Positions 47,879 through 60,136 of a stretch of 64,000 nt of DNA are shown in pieces. This DNA comes from Somniosus microcephalus. Lineage: Eukaryota. Each line of letters begins with the position of its first letter. The first letter of the stretch is position 1. The notes beneath the pieces are model-generated. The model saw nothing but the letters and a program-made list of their open reading frames with translations. It did no database searches and was not told where the DNA came from. The stretch covers positions 54,498,001-54,562,000 of the forward strand of contig CM126207.1 of the NCBI GenBank assembly GCA_052327205.1, given 5' to 3'. The position numbers and the translations under genes are program-made.

Positions 47879-48744
47879 TAATAGGCTTTCATGTGGCCCT
47901 TTACCAAAAGCCTTTTGGAAGTCAAGGTACACAAGACTCTTAAATGATAGAGTCCCAAAGACGCCATCCAATGCTGATCCTCGATGGATTGTGGGGTCAT
48001 TGGAAGGGCACCTCATTAGCAAGGGGCAGGCAGTGGGGAATAATAAATTCAATAATTTAAGTAACAATTGGAGGGAATGTAGGATTCTTCTGGTTGGATG
48101 AATTAACATGAGCCGATAGCCTTTCTCAGCTGTAATTATCTTGTGATCTTGATAACTAGGCTGAATATATTATTCAGATTAAAATGATCGAAAACTGTAA
48201 GAACTCCAGAGTTAGGAAACAGTTAATGGGACAGGCATAAGAATTAACTGTTGACCTTTCTGTGTATGATGCCACATGTGTCGTGTTGTAGACTTTAAAC
48301 TGAAAGCTATTAAGTAAGACAGCACAAGATAACTGGCCAACTGTGGAAAGGACCAATTAGTCAGATTCTGTGTGTAGCAGTGTGTTGAAAGGAATTCTGA
48401 TATGCAGTGTTGAGAGATGGAGATTTGAATTAATTTATATTGTTTGGTGAATCTACTGCCCCAAAATATTCATGTCTATTACCACCTTTTTGAAAAAACG
48501 GACAGGTGAACTGTATCTCCAAATGTTCCATAACAGATAAAATCTGGTTGTTGATAAATTAACTGTAAGTGGCTCAATTCAAGCAATTCCCATTTTGGAA
48601 TCTGGTTCAGTGCTCACCCCGACGAGCAATGCCCCATTTTAATGAGTGAGATGACATTTTTCTTTGCTGCAAAATCTTTTTGTATCTCTGGATTATATCG
48701 GAGACATAAAAATGCCCCATTAACACTAAGGCCGGAATTGAAGA

Positions 48745-49143
48745 TTGAGAGGGGATCTCATCGAAACCTATAAAATTCTGTCAGGCCTGGACAGACTAGA
48801 TGCAGGAAGGATGTTTATGATGGCCAGGGAGTCCAGAACCAGGGGTCATAGTCTAAGGATAAGGGGTAAGCCATTTAAGACTGAAATGAGGAGGAATTTC
48901 TTCACCCAGAGAGTGGTGAACCTGTGGAATTCTCTGCCACAGAGGGCAGTGGAGGCCAGTTCATTAAGTATATTCAAGAAAGAGTTGGATATATTTCTTA
49001 AGGCTAAAGGGATCAAGGGATATGGGGAGAAGGCAGGGACAGGGTACTGAATTTGGATGATCAGCCATGATCTCATTGAATGGCGGAGCAGGCTCGAAGG
49101 GCCGAATGGCCTACTCCTGCTCCTATCTTCTATGTTTCTATGT
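48745..49143 (+). mobile_element. CR1/HER1-like 3' fragment
   Basis: RGDLIETYKIL...GYGEKAGTGY*, tail TTCTATGTTTCTATG; near-identical to 35798-36190. Confidence 0.9.
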
Positions 49144-50912
49144 AACGCGTGCAGGATTGGAAGTGGGTCAGGAGTAAAATTGGAAATAAATCAAAGCGGG
49201 TCAGGACACTGCCGTCATCCCGTCTCCTCGCGCCTTTAACTCGGGCGCGTTTGCTGGCATGGCAGCGACCCGAACAGCAGAGGCGGGTGACCTAATTTAG
49301 ATCATTATAATCTTGTTGTCAGACCCTTAACTGTGTTTTTAACCAGACCTTTTGAATTTCACTGCATGACCACGGGAATCACACAGCTCAGGAACCATGT
49401 CTGTCAAGCTGTGGCAGAAGTTCAGTGGCCATTGATCGAGATCATTAATGCAGAGCATGGAAAGTACAATAAATTTGGTCCTCAGAATCAGACTAGGATG
49501 AGCCCCAACACCAACAGCACCAGGCACACCAGCAGCAGCAACAACAACACCAACCTTCTCCTCAACCACCTGATGCTACACAGGGCAGAGGGCATCAGCA
49601 CAGGGCTGCACCACGCCGGAGGCGATACCCCCAACACAGGGTATACAGACAGAGGATGAGCTTCCTCAACATGACAGACTGAGCCTCCTTTGGCACTGCT
49701 CAATCACGCCAGGTCATCGCAGACATTAGCACATTGCTCAAGCAAGACCTGCAGCCCAGAGGAGCAGGTGGACATGCCTTACCAGTGACTGTCAAAGTCA
49801 CCAGCGCCCTCAACTTCTTCGCCTCCGGCTCCTTCCAGGGATCTACAGCAGTCATTTGAGGCATCTCGCAGTTGGCCGCCCATAGGTCCCCGATGCCTTG
49901 TTTGACAAGTCAGCCATTTATATCAACTTTGCCACTGATGAAGCCAGTGTTACTGAGCGGGTGCTCGGCTTTGCCGCTCTAGTTGGCTTCCCATGGGTGC
50001 AGGGAGTCATCGACTGCAGACATGTGGCCATCAGGGCACCCCATCATCACCCAGGACTGTTTATGAACCGCAAGGGCTTCAACTCCCTCAATGTGCAGCT
50101 GGTCTGCAACCAGAGGAAGATCATCATGCATGTGTCCGCCAAATTCCCTGGCATCCGTCATGACACTATCGTCATGCGTCAGTCGACCCTCCCTCAGCTC
50201 TTCACACCTCCAGACAGACTTAGTGGCTGGCTGCTTGGAGACAAGGGCTATCCACTGAAGATGTGACTCATGACACCCTTGAGGTGACCAAGTACTGAGG
50301 CTGAGGAGAGATATAATGAAAGCCACATGTCTACCAGATATGTCAGAGCAAACAATAGGCATGCTGAAAATGCGCTTCAGTTGCCTTGACAGATCTAGAG
50401 GAGCCCTTCAGTACGCACCAAGTTATTCAGAATTGTCATTGTCTGCTGCGCGCTGCATAACAGCGCAGCAGTGAGGATTAGCACTGCATGAGAAGCAAGG
50501 CTCTAAGCACACAGCTGCTTCTTCAGAGGAGGAGCAGGAGGAACCTGAGGTCCGGATGCCACGAGCACCCGAGCGCATTGTTGCCCGGGAGGCCAGGGAT
50601 GGCCTCATCATGGCCAGAATTACTTAACTTCCTGCATTACACCCATATGGCTGCCACATGCTGTGCCAGTTTCCCCCCCCCCCACCCCTCCCCCACAATA
50701 CCATAAAGCATCCCTACAATGACCCCCATTGCTGGAGGGAACGTTGCATTGCGCCATTCTCTCCAACTCACTAAGCCACTTCCAAAGTAGCAGACAAAAT
50801 TGGCCATGACCGGAAAGTGAAAATAAATAGTTTTATATGTGACATAAGAGTAATGGAACCTTAACAGAAACACTTCTTTAAACACCCATGTGCTTACCCT
50901 TGTGCATCTACT

Positions 50913-52463
50913 GTGCCTGATAATCTACATCCTAGGGTACTTAAGGAAGTGGCCCTAGAAATAGTAGATGCATTGCTGATCATCTTCCAACATTCGATGG
51001 AATCTGGAACAGTACCCATGGATTGGAGGGTAGCTAATGTTACCCCACTATTCAAAAAAGGTGGTAGAGAGAAAAAGGGGAATTACAGACCGGTAAGCCT
51101 GACAACCGGTAGTGGGGAAAATGCTAGAGTCCATTATAAAAGATGTAATAGCATAGCACTTGGAAAACAGTGACAGGATCGGACAAAGTCAACATGGATT
51201 TACAAAAGGTAAATCGTGCTTGACTAATCTACTGGAATTTTTTGAGGATGTAACTGGTAAAATAGATAAGGGAGAACCAGTGGATGTGGTGTATTTGGAC
51301 TTTCAGAAGGCTTTCGATAAGGTCCCGCATAAGAGATTAGCGTGTAAAGTTAAGGCACATGGGATTGGGGGCAAGGTATTGACTTGGATAGAGAACTGGT
51401 TGGCAGACAGAAAGCAAAGAGTTGGAATAAACGGGTCTTTTTCCGAGTGGCAGGCAGTGACTAGTGGGGTACCGCAGGGATCGGTCCTTGGACCCCAGCT
51501 ATTCACAATATATATTAATGATCTAGACAAGGGAACTAGATGTAATATCTCCAAGTTTGCAGACGACACAAAGCTGGGTGGGCGTGTGTGCTGTGAGGAG
51601 GATGCCAAGAAACTCCAGGATGATTTGGACAGGTTGGGTGATTGGGCAGAAGCATAGCAGATGCAATATAACGTGGATAAATGTGAGGTTATCCACTTTG
51701 GTGGCAAAAACAGGAAGGCAAATTATTATCTGAATGACAATAGATTGGGAGAAGGGGAAGTGCAACGAGACCTGGGTGTCCTTGTGCACCAGTCGCTGAA
51801 GGTAAGCATGCAGGTGCAACAGGCGGTTAAGAAGGCAAATGGTATGTTGGCCTTCGTAGCAAGAGGGTTTGAGTACAGGAACAAGGATGTCTTGTACAGG
51901 GCCTTGGTGAGACCACATCTTGAGTATTGTGTGCAGTTTTGGTCACCTTATCTGAGGAAGGATGTTCTTGCCATGGAAGGAGTTCAGCGAAGATTCACCA
52001 GGCTGAAACCTGGGATGGCAGGAATGACGTATGAGCTGAGATTGGGTCGATTGGGCTTATACTCACTGGAGTTTAGAAGAATGAGAGGGGTTCTCATTGA
52101 AACTTTTAAAATTCTGACAGGACTGGACAGACTAGATGCAGGAAAATGTTCCCGATGGTCAGGGAGTCCAGAACCAGGGGTCACAGTCTAAGGATAAGGG
52201 GTAAGCCATTTAGGACAGAAATGAGGAGGAATTTCTTCACCCAGAGCGTGGTGAACCTGTGGAATTCTCTACCACAGAAGGCAGTAGAGGCCAATTCATT
52301 AAATATATTCAAGAAGGAGTTGGATATATTTCTTAAGGCTAAAGGGATCAAGGGGTATGGGGAGAAAGCAGGGACAGAGTTCTGAATTTGGATGATCAGC
52401 CATGATCGCATTGAATGGCGGAGCAGGCTCGAGGGGCCGAATGGCCTACTATGTTTTTATGTG
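50913..52463 (+). mobile_element. 5'-truncated CR1/HER1-like LINE (RT to 3' end)
   Basis: [44 protein letters not shown]; contains stops and frameshifts. Confidence 0.92.
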
Positions 52464-53346
52464 TCATCTTTCACTTATGCGTGCTCCTACGAGGTGCTAC
52501 CCCCATGGCTTTAGCAGAGGTAAAGGCAGCCTGCTCACTTCCCTGTTGCGACTGCATAGACACTTTTGGCGGATGGCCTCTGGGTTTCGGAGCCTCTGAT
52601 GGCCCCGCCAAAGTCTGCTCCTCCTGCGACTGTGCAGGGCCAGACTCGGCCATCTCGATCCCAGGAGGCATCTGGGGCTCTGTCTGAGGGGGAGGCAATG
52701 GGGGAGAAGTGTGAGTGCTTTGAGAGGAGCCCCACTTCCATGTCCCCTGTCACCATCAGCCCTCTCATGGGCCACCCGCACTACCTTGCTAGCAAGGAGC
52801 TGGAGAGCACCTTGCTGCACAGCAGTGGGGTCATGAGGACACAAGTCTACATTGACATCCCTCCTAGAGAAGGAGGTCTATGAGCCTCTGCCATCTATTC
52901 TCCATAGATAGCATGTGCTCATGTGAGTGGCGCATTAGCTGCTCCATCCTTTCCATGGAAGAGCCTACAGTCACCATCACCTGCAACATGGTGGAGCTCA
53001 TGTTGGAGATGGGCTCCTCCATTCGCTGCACATTTGCAGACATCATGGTTGTAAAACCTGTCCGAGCCTCCTGCACTTCTTCCAGCACCTCCAGGGTCGC
53101 CCTCTTTCTGGATGGCCCCCGAGGCATGCAGCTGAACAGAGCTGGCAGCATCCTGCGCCCTCCGGCAAGGAGTCTCCACTGCTGTCCCTGTCTCCACCAT
53201 CTCCTCTGCTCACTTGTGACTTGTGAGACCCCGGTGACAACACGACTCAAAGTGTGCATATCTGCGCTGGTGCTGGGTGCACTTAGTTCTGGTGACGGTG
53301 CACCCTCAGAGAGTAGAGGCTCCTCTGAAGAGTCCTCTTCCTCTTA

Positions 53347-53790
53347 TAGAATCATAGAATCATCGAATGGTTACAGCACAGAAGAAAGCCATTTGGCACG
53401 TCGAGCCTGTGCTGGCTCTTTGCAAAAGCACTTCAGTTAGTGCCACTGCCCCGTCCTTTCCCGATAGCCCTGCAAATGTTTTTCCTTAGGTACTTATCCA
53501 ACTCCCTTTTGAAAGCCATGATTGAGTCTGCCTCCACCACCCTTTCAGGCATTGCATTTCAGATCCTAATCACTCACTGTAAAAAGTTTTTCCTCATGTC
53601 GCCTTTAGCGCTTCTGCCAATCACCTTAAATCTGTGTCCTCTGGTTCTCGAGCCTTCTGCCAATGGGAACAGTTTCTCTCTATCTACTCTGTCCAGACCC
53701 CTCATGATTTTGTACACCACTACCAAATCTCCTCTCAATCTTCTCTGCTCTAAGGAGAACAACCCCAGCTTCTCCAGTCTATCCACGTAA
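53347..53790 (-). mobile_element. CR1 3' fragment
   Basis: LEKLGLFSLEQRRLRGDL...TRGHRFK; tail (ATCATAGA)n. Confidence 0.85.
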
Positions 53791-55723
53791 CAAGTCTCTT
53801 CCACCTGGACAGTGAGGTTGGAGGGCCTCTTGATGGACCTGTGGGAGTGTAAAGAGATTATTTAGAAATGTGTGCATCATGAATGTGTACCAATTATGCA
53901 CATGATGAACATTCACTGGCTGCTGACATCAGTCCCCATATGAGTGACTGCTGTATGCCATGTGATTGTATGAGATGCAATTCTGTCACCAGGTTGCTGA
54001 GAGGTCTCCTTTTCTCTGTCTCCCACCGCCAGCAGCTCTGCAACTCTGGAGACCTCCAGGGCCACCTCCTCTTCTGGAGTCAACATGGTGAATGATGGAG
54101 GGCCACCTCCGGTTCTCTTCCCTCTCCCTCTTATTGTGGGATCTCTTCTACAAGGAGGGAAAGAAGAGATGTTTGAGTGAGAGTGATGGCATGTGTGTAA
54201 TGAATGTGTGGCTTACATCTTTAGAGGGTGACTATGAGGGGGTGTGGTGCCAATGCCAAAGTTCCAATGCAAAGTGGCCTCTTTGTGTGTTGTCAGTTGG
54301 TATGATTGCATTAGGATAAGGGTGAATTTGAGTCGTGGTTAGTCAGATGGGGATGTGATAATGTAGATAGAGAGTGAGGGATGGGTGGACGTGCAAGGTA
54401 TGTTGGTTTGAGTAATGATGTACAGGAGTAGGTGTGGGAAGGCAGAGTGATGGGGATGTGATGAGAGGCACAGTAGGATGAAATTGAGTGTGGCTTTGTA
54501 CTTACCTTTCCTGAACTAATGAGATCACTGAAGCGCTTCCGGTCCTCCTGAATACACCCCTGCTGTTGACTTCCTCTGCTATCTCCAGCCAGGCTCTTTT
54601 GGTCTCCTGGGGTGGTCTCTTGAGCCCTTCAGAAGGGAAGAGGACCTCCCTGCGTTCTCGGACTCCCTGCACAAGCATATGTGGGGAGTCATCTGAGAAC
54701 CTGGGTGCAGCCCTCTGCCTCTGTGAAGCCATGTGCGCAAGGCTGAGCAGTAAGCAGATGCTGAAATGTTCAGCTTGCACACTCCTAGATGAATCTTCAA
54801 ATGCAATGTGGCCAAGGCTCCTTTAAATATCCCTGCTGGAAATGAGTAATCAATGATGTCATCAGACCCGCACCATTTAATAGGGCCGGCCGGCCTACCT
54901 TAATAGAGCCATTAAGGGAAAGTTGCTCTGAGGAACGTGATGATAAGAACAGGGTTCTGACCCACCATGCCAACTGACCGCACCCGAACTGCCCAGGTAA
55001 AGAAAATTCTGCCTAACTGTTCAGCATGGGTAGCAAAAATAATGGCAGTAAATTCTAATAATAATCTGCATGATTTAACATTTTTTTGCATGAAAACAAA
55101 ATGGTTACAGCTCAGCATGCTGCACTTTTTTTTATTCATTCATGGGTTGTGGGCGTTGCTTGCAAGGTCAGCATTTATTGCCTATCCCTAATTGCCCTTG
55201 AGAAGGTGGTGGTGAGCTGCCTTCTTGAACCACTGCAGTCCGTGTGGTGAAGGTTAGGGAGTGTGTTCCAGAACTTTCACCCAGCGACTATGAAGGATCG
55301 GCGATATATTTCCAAGTCAGGATGGTGTGTGACTTGGAGGGGAACTTGCAGGTGGTGCTGTTCCCATGCGCCTGCTGCCCTCGTCCTTCTAGGTGGCAGA
55401 GGTTGCAGGTTTGAGATGTGCTGCCGAAGAAGCCTTGGCGAGTTGCTGCAGTGCATCCTGTAGATGGTACACACTGCAGCCACAGTGTGCTGGTGGCGGA
55501 GGGAGTGAATGTTTAAGGTGGTGGATGGGGTGTCAATCAAGCGGGTTGCTTTGTCCTGGATGTTGTTGGAGCTGCACTCATTCAGGCAAGTGGAGAGTAT
55601 TCCATCACACTCCTGACTTGTGCCTTGTAGATGGTGGAAAGGCTTTGGGGAGTCATGTGGTGATTCACTCGCTGTAGAATACCCAGCCTCTGACCTGCTC
55701 TTGTTGCCACAGTATTTATGTAG

Positions 55724-58700
55724 TGTGGTAAACCACTGTTTGTATTCCACTGTGTACATGCCTGTACATGCCTCGGCTGACTCCTCCCACGAATCCAGGT
55801 ATAAAGGTGACTGCTCCACAGCCCCTTTGTATTCTGGACCGGTCGACCACTCGAGGCACACCTTCATTCTCTTGTTAATAAAAGCCTGTTAATTACTCGC
55901 TTAATCTCAGTCTTTTGAGTTATTGATAGCGCATCAATTTTATTAACAAGATTTTTATAATGGAGAAGATCCTCACACCAGCATGCCTGGACTTAGATCA
56001 TCGGGAGGTGGACTCATCCATCAAGTTTACTCACTGGCTTAGGTGTTTCGAAAAATTCCTGACCGCCTCCGCTGTAATCAAATCGGACGAGGACAAACTG
56101 GATGTCCTGACCTCCAAAGTGAACCACCGAGTGTACTCGGTCATCCAAGACGCGACCTCGTACGCAGATGCTATCAAGCTCCTCAAGGACCAGTACACGC
56201 GCCCAGTGAACGAAGTGTACGCCAGGCACCTTCTGGGGAGTCGTAAACAACAACCTGGGGAATCGACCGAGGAATACCTTTAGGCACTGTCTGTGCTTGG
56301 CCGGGCCTATGGTTGTAAGGATGTAAAGGCCGCCGTGTACACAGAGGAACTTATCCGGGACGCTTTTGTAGCGGGCCACAGGTCCAATTACACCCGACAG
56401 CGACTGTTGGAGCAGAGTGACCTCGACCTCAACAAGGCCTCTGAACTCGCACTATCATTGGACGCAGCCTACCGGGGCATGGATGCCTACTCCTCTGCAC
56501 CGTGGACGCCGCGGGGAACGACAGCCTGGGACACGGTAGGACCGTCTCATAGCGCCGTGCCACCCCAGCCACATCCCAGCCACGGCTCAACTACCGCAGC
56601 AGTGTCCCAAGGCCAGACAGCAGTGCCCCAAGGCCAGAAATGCTACTTCTGTGGCCAGGCCAAACACCCCAGAGCGCGCTGCCCGGCGAAAAATGCGATC
56701 TGCTCGGGCTGCGGGAAGAAGGGACACTACGCCAGCATCTGCAGGGCCAAAGCCACCCCGAACCCCAGCAGCGCCGCGTGTGGGCCGTGCGAGCCGCCAT
56801 CTTGGGCCTCCCCAGCCATGTGCGAACCACCGGAACAGCAGCCATTTTGGACGCCTCCAGCCACATGGGGATCATGGACGCCGCCATCTTGGATGACAGC
56901 CGGGACGCAGCAGGCCCCCAACACCGCCTCATCTGATACCCGCAGCGACACACCGACCCCTACGCTGGCCTCCGTTACACTGGACCAAGTGAGACCGCAC
57001 CAGCTGGCCAGTTCCACAATGGACATTAAGGTAAATGGTCATGAAACAATCTGCCTTTTTGACTCTGGGAGCATGGAGAGCTTCATCCACCCCGACACGG
57101 TGCGGCATTGCTCTCTCCCAGTCCTGCCTGCGCACCAGCGGATTTCTATGGCCTCCGAGTCCCAGTCGGCGGACATTGGCAGCCACTGCGTGGTGACACT
57201 CGTAGTAGACGGGACTGTGTACGATAATTTTAAACTTCTGGTCCTGCCCGACCTCTGCGCTGCCGTTCTACTGGGGTTAGATTTTCAGTGCCACCTTAAA
57301 AGTGTTACGATGGCGTACGGTGGACCCCTCCCCCCACTCACAGTCCGCAGCCAGCAGCTTCCAAATTGCCCGCCGCGCACCAGGTGCAACCTCTCCACAC
57401 TCAGAGTCACCCCCCCCCCCCCCACTCTTTGCTAACCTCACCCCCGACTGTAAGCCCATCGCCACAAAGAGCAGGCGATACAGTACCGGGGACAGGGTTT
57501 TCATTAAAACCGAAGTGGAGCGGCTCCTGAAGGAAGGGATTATTGAGGGCAGCACCAGCCCCTGGCGAGCCCAGGTTGTGGTCGTTAAGACCGGCGAGAA
57601 GCAGCGCCTGGTCATCGACTACAGCCAGACAATAAATCGCTACACCCTGCTGGACGCTTACCCACTCCCCCGCATAGCTGATATGGTCAACCAGATCGCG
57701 CAGTACCGCGTCTTCTCGACCATTGACCTGAAATCAGCATACCACCAGCTCCCTATCCGCCCTGATGACCGCCAGTATACTGCCTTTGAGGCAAACGGCC
57801 GCCTCTATCACTTCCTTAGGGTTCCCTTTGGCGTCACCAACGGGAGATGGACCGGATGGTCGATCAAAATGCGTTGCAGGCCACTTTCCCATATCTGGAC
57901 AATGTGACCATCTGCGGCCATGACTTGCAGGACCATGATGCAAACCTCGAAAAATTCCTCTGCACCGCCAAACTCCTCAACCTGACGTATAACAAGGAGA
58001 AGTGCATATTCCGCACAACCCGCCTCGCCATCCTTGGCTGTGTTGTGGAACACGGAGTCATCGGCCCCGACCCCGACCGGATGCGTCCCCTTATGGAACT
58101 CCCACTGCCTCAAGGCCCTGAAGAGGTGCCTAGGGTTTTTCTCTTATTACGCCCAGTGGGTCCCCTACTATGCGGACAAGGCCCGTCCGCTGATCAAGTC
58201 CACCTCTTTTCCCGTGACGGCAGAGACCCGCTTAGCCTTCCACCGTATCAAGGAAGACATTGCCAAAGCCACCATGCACGCAGTGGACGAATCCATCCCC
58301 TTCCAGGTGGAAAGCGACGCGTCCGACTTTGCCCTGGCCGCTACCCTTAATCAGGCGGGGAGACCCGTGGCCTTCTTTTCACGAACCCTCCAGGGCCCGG
58401 AGACCAGACACTCCGCTGTTGAGAAGGAGGCCCAGGCTATTGTGGAGGCTGTGCGTCATTGGAGGCACTACCTGCCCGGAAAACGATTTACCCTGCTCAC
58501 TGACCAGCGTTCAGTTGCTTTTATGTTTAACAACAAGCAGAGGGGCAAAATCAAAAACGACAAGATCTTGAGGTGGAGAATCGAACTTTCCACCTACAAT
58601 TACGAGACCTTGTACCGGCCCGGGAAGCTCAATGAACCCCCGGATGCTCTATCGCGTGGCACCTGCGCCAGCGCGCAGATCGATAGACTGCGGGCCCTCC

Positions 58701-60024
58701 ACAATGACCTCTGCCACCCGGGGGTCACCAGGCTCTTCCACTTCATCAAGGCCCGCAACCTGCCTTACTCCATTGAGGAGGTCAGGACCATGACCAGGAA
58801 CTGCCAAGTCTGCGCTGAGTGCAAACTGCACTTTTATAGACCAGACAGGGCTCACCTGATAAAAGCCACTCGCCCCTTCGAGCGCCTGAGCGTTGATTTT
58901 AAAGGGCCTCTCCCCTCCTCTGACCGCAATGTGCACTTCCTCAATATTATTGATGAGTACTCCCGTTTCCCGTTCGCCATCCCCTGCCCGGACATGACCA
59001 GTGCCACGGTCATTAAATGTCTGAACGACCTCTTCACCCTGTTCGGTTTCCCCAGCTATATCCATAGCGACCGGGGCTCATCGTTTATGAGCGACGAACT
59101 GCGTCAGTACCTTCTAGCTAGGGGTATTGCCACAAGCAGGACCACCAGTTACAACCCCCGGGGGAACGGACAGGTGGAAAGAGAGAATGCGACAGTTTGG
59201 AAGGCCGCCCTGCTAGCCTTAAAGTCTAGGGGCCTTCTGACCTCCCGCTGGCAGGATGTGCTCCCCGATGTGCTCCACTCTATTAGGTCACTGCTCTGTA
59301 CTGCCACTAGCGCCACCCCTCACGAGAAAATGTTTGTCTTCCCAAGGAAGTCCACGTCGGGGACATCGCTACCCGCCATGGCTGACGTCCCCAGGGCCGG
59401 TCCTACTGAGAAGACACGTGAGGACCCATAAAACAGACCCCCTGGTCGAGAGGGTCGACCTCCTCCACGCCAACCCCCAGTATGCTTACATTGCGTACCC
59501 GGACGGGCGGGAGGACACAGTCTCCATAAGAGACCTCGCACCCTTGGGGGCCGCAGTAACCCACTACCCACTACCCCCCCCCCCCCCAACGATCCGATAT
59601 CCAGCCCCAGCAGACGGCAGGCCTGGGCCCCGCGACCCGCTCGACATCTACGAGGACTACACACCAGTGCCCATGCCTACGCGGGACTCGACGCTGGAAG
59701 CTTCACTACCCTTGCCGTCGCCACGTCGATCACAGCGGCAGACAAGACCTCCGGAGAGACTCCAATACACTAACTTTTAATACACTTCACCCCGCTGGAC
59801 TCAATTTTAAACAAGGGGTGAATGTGGTAAACCACTGTTTGTATTCCACTGTGTACATGCCTGGCTGACTCCTCCCACGAATCCAGGTATAAAGGTGACT
59901 GCTCCACAGCCCCTTTGTATTCAGGACCGGTCGACCACTCGAGGCACACCTTCATTCTCTTGTTAATAAAAGCCTGTTAATTACTCGCTTAATCTCAGTC
60001 TTTTGAGTTATTGATAGCGCATCA
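55724..60024 (+). mobile_element. Full-length Gypsy/Ty3 LTR retrotransposon
   Basis: LTRs 55724-55936 and 59823-60024 (differing by a 10-bp duplication, a 1-bp indel and about 1 substitution), TSD TGTAG, PPT AAACAAGGGGTGAA. Confidence 0.95.
55960..59780 (+). pseudogene. gag-pol (Gag, CCHC x2, protease, RT, RNase H, integrase) with a stop at 56281 and several frameshifts
   Basis: CYFCGQAKH/CSGCGKKGH, LFDSGS, IDLKSAYHQ, PFG, YLDN, ESDASD, LLTDQ, H..LCH...CQVC, VDFKGP, HSDRG, GNGQVER. Confidence 0.93.
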
Positions 60025-60136
60025 TGTAGCTGCTCCAGTTAAGTTTCTGGTCAAATGGCAACCCCCAAGGATGTTAACGGTGGGGGATTCGGCAATGATA
60101 ATCCCATTGAATGTCAAGGGGAGGTGGTTAGACTCT

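Larger units (their letters stand above)
26530..48152 (+). mobile_element. Old CR1 LINE 3' half, broken by nested insertions into pieces at about 26530-26930, 36194-36398, 47073-47426 and 48070-48152
   Basis: The pieces translate colinearly: [33 protein letters not shown]|NTLVEPYLDYCIQ, GHRFKL, then the 3' tail. Confidence 0.7.
48730..55013. mobile_element. Degenerate two-gene Harbinger with three nested CR1 fragments
   Basis: Ends GGCCGGAATT/AATTCTGCC flanked by TAA. Transposase remnant (+, about 49500-50630: [33 protein letters not shown]). Myb-like remnant (-, about 52470-54732: MASQRQRAAPRFSDD). Confidence 0.8.
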
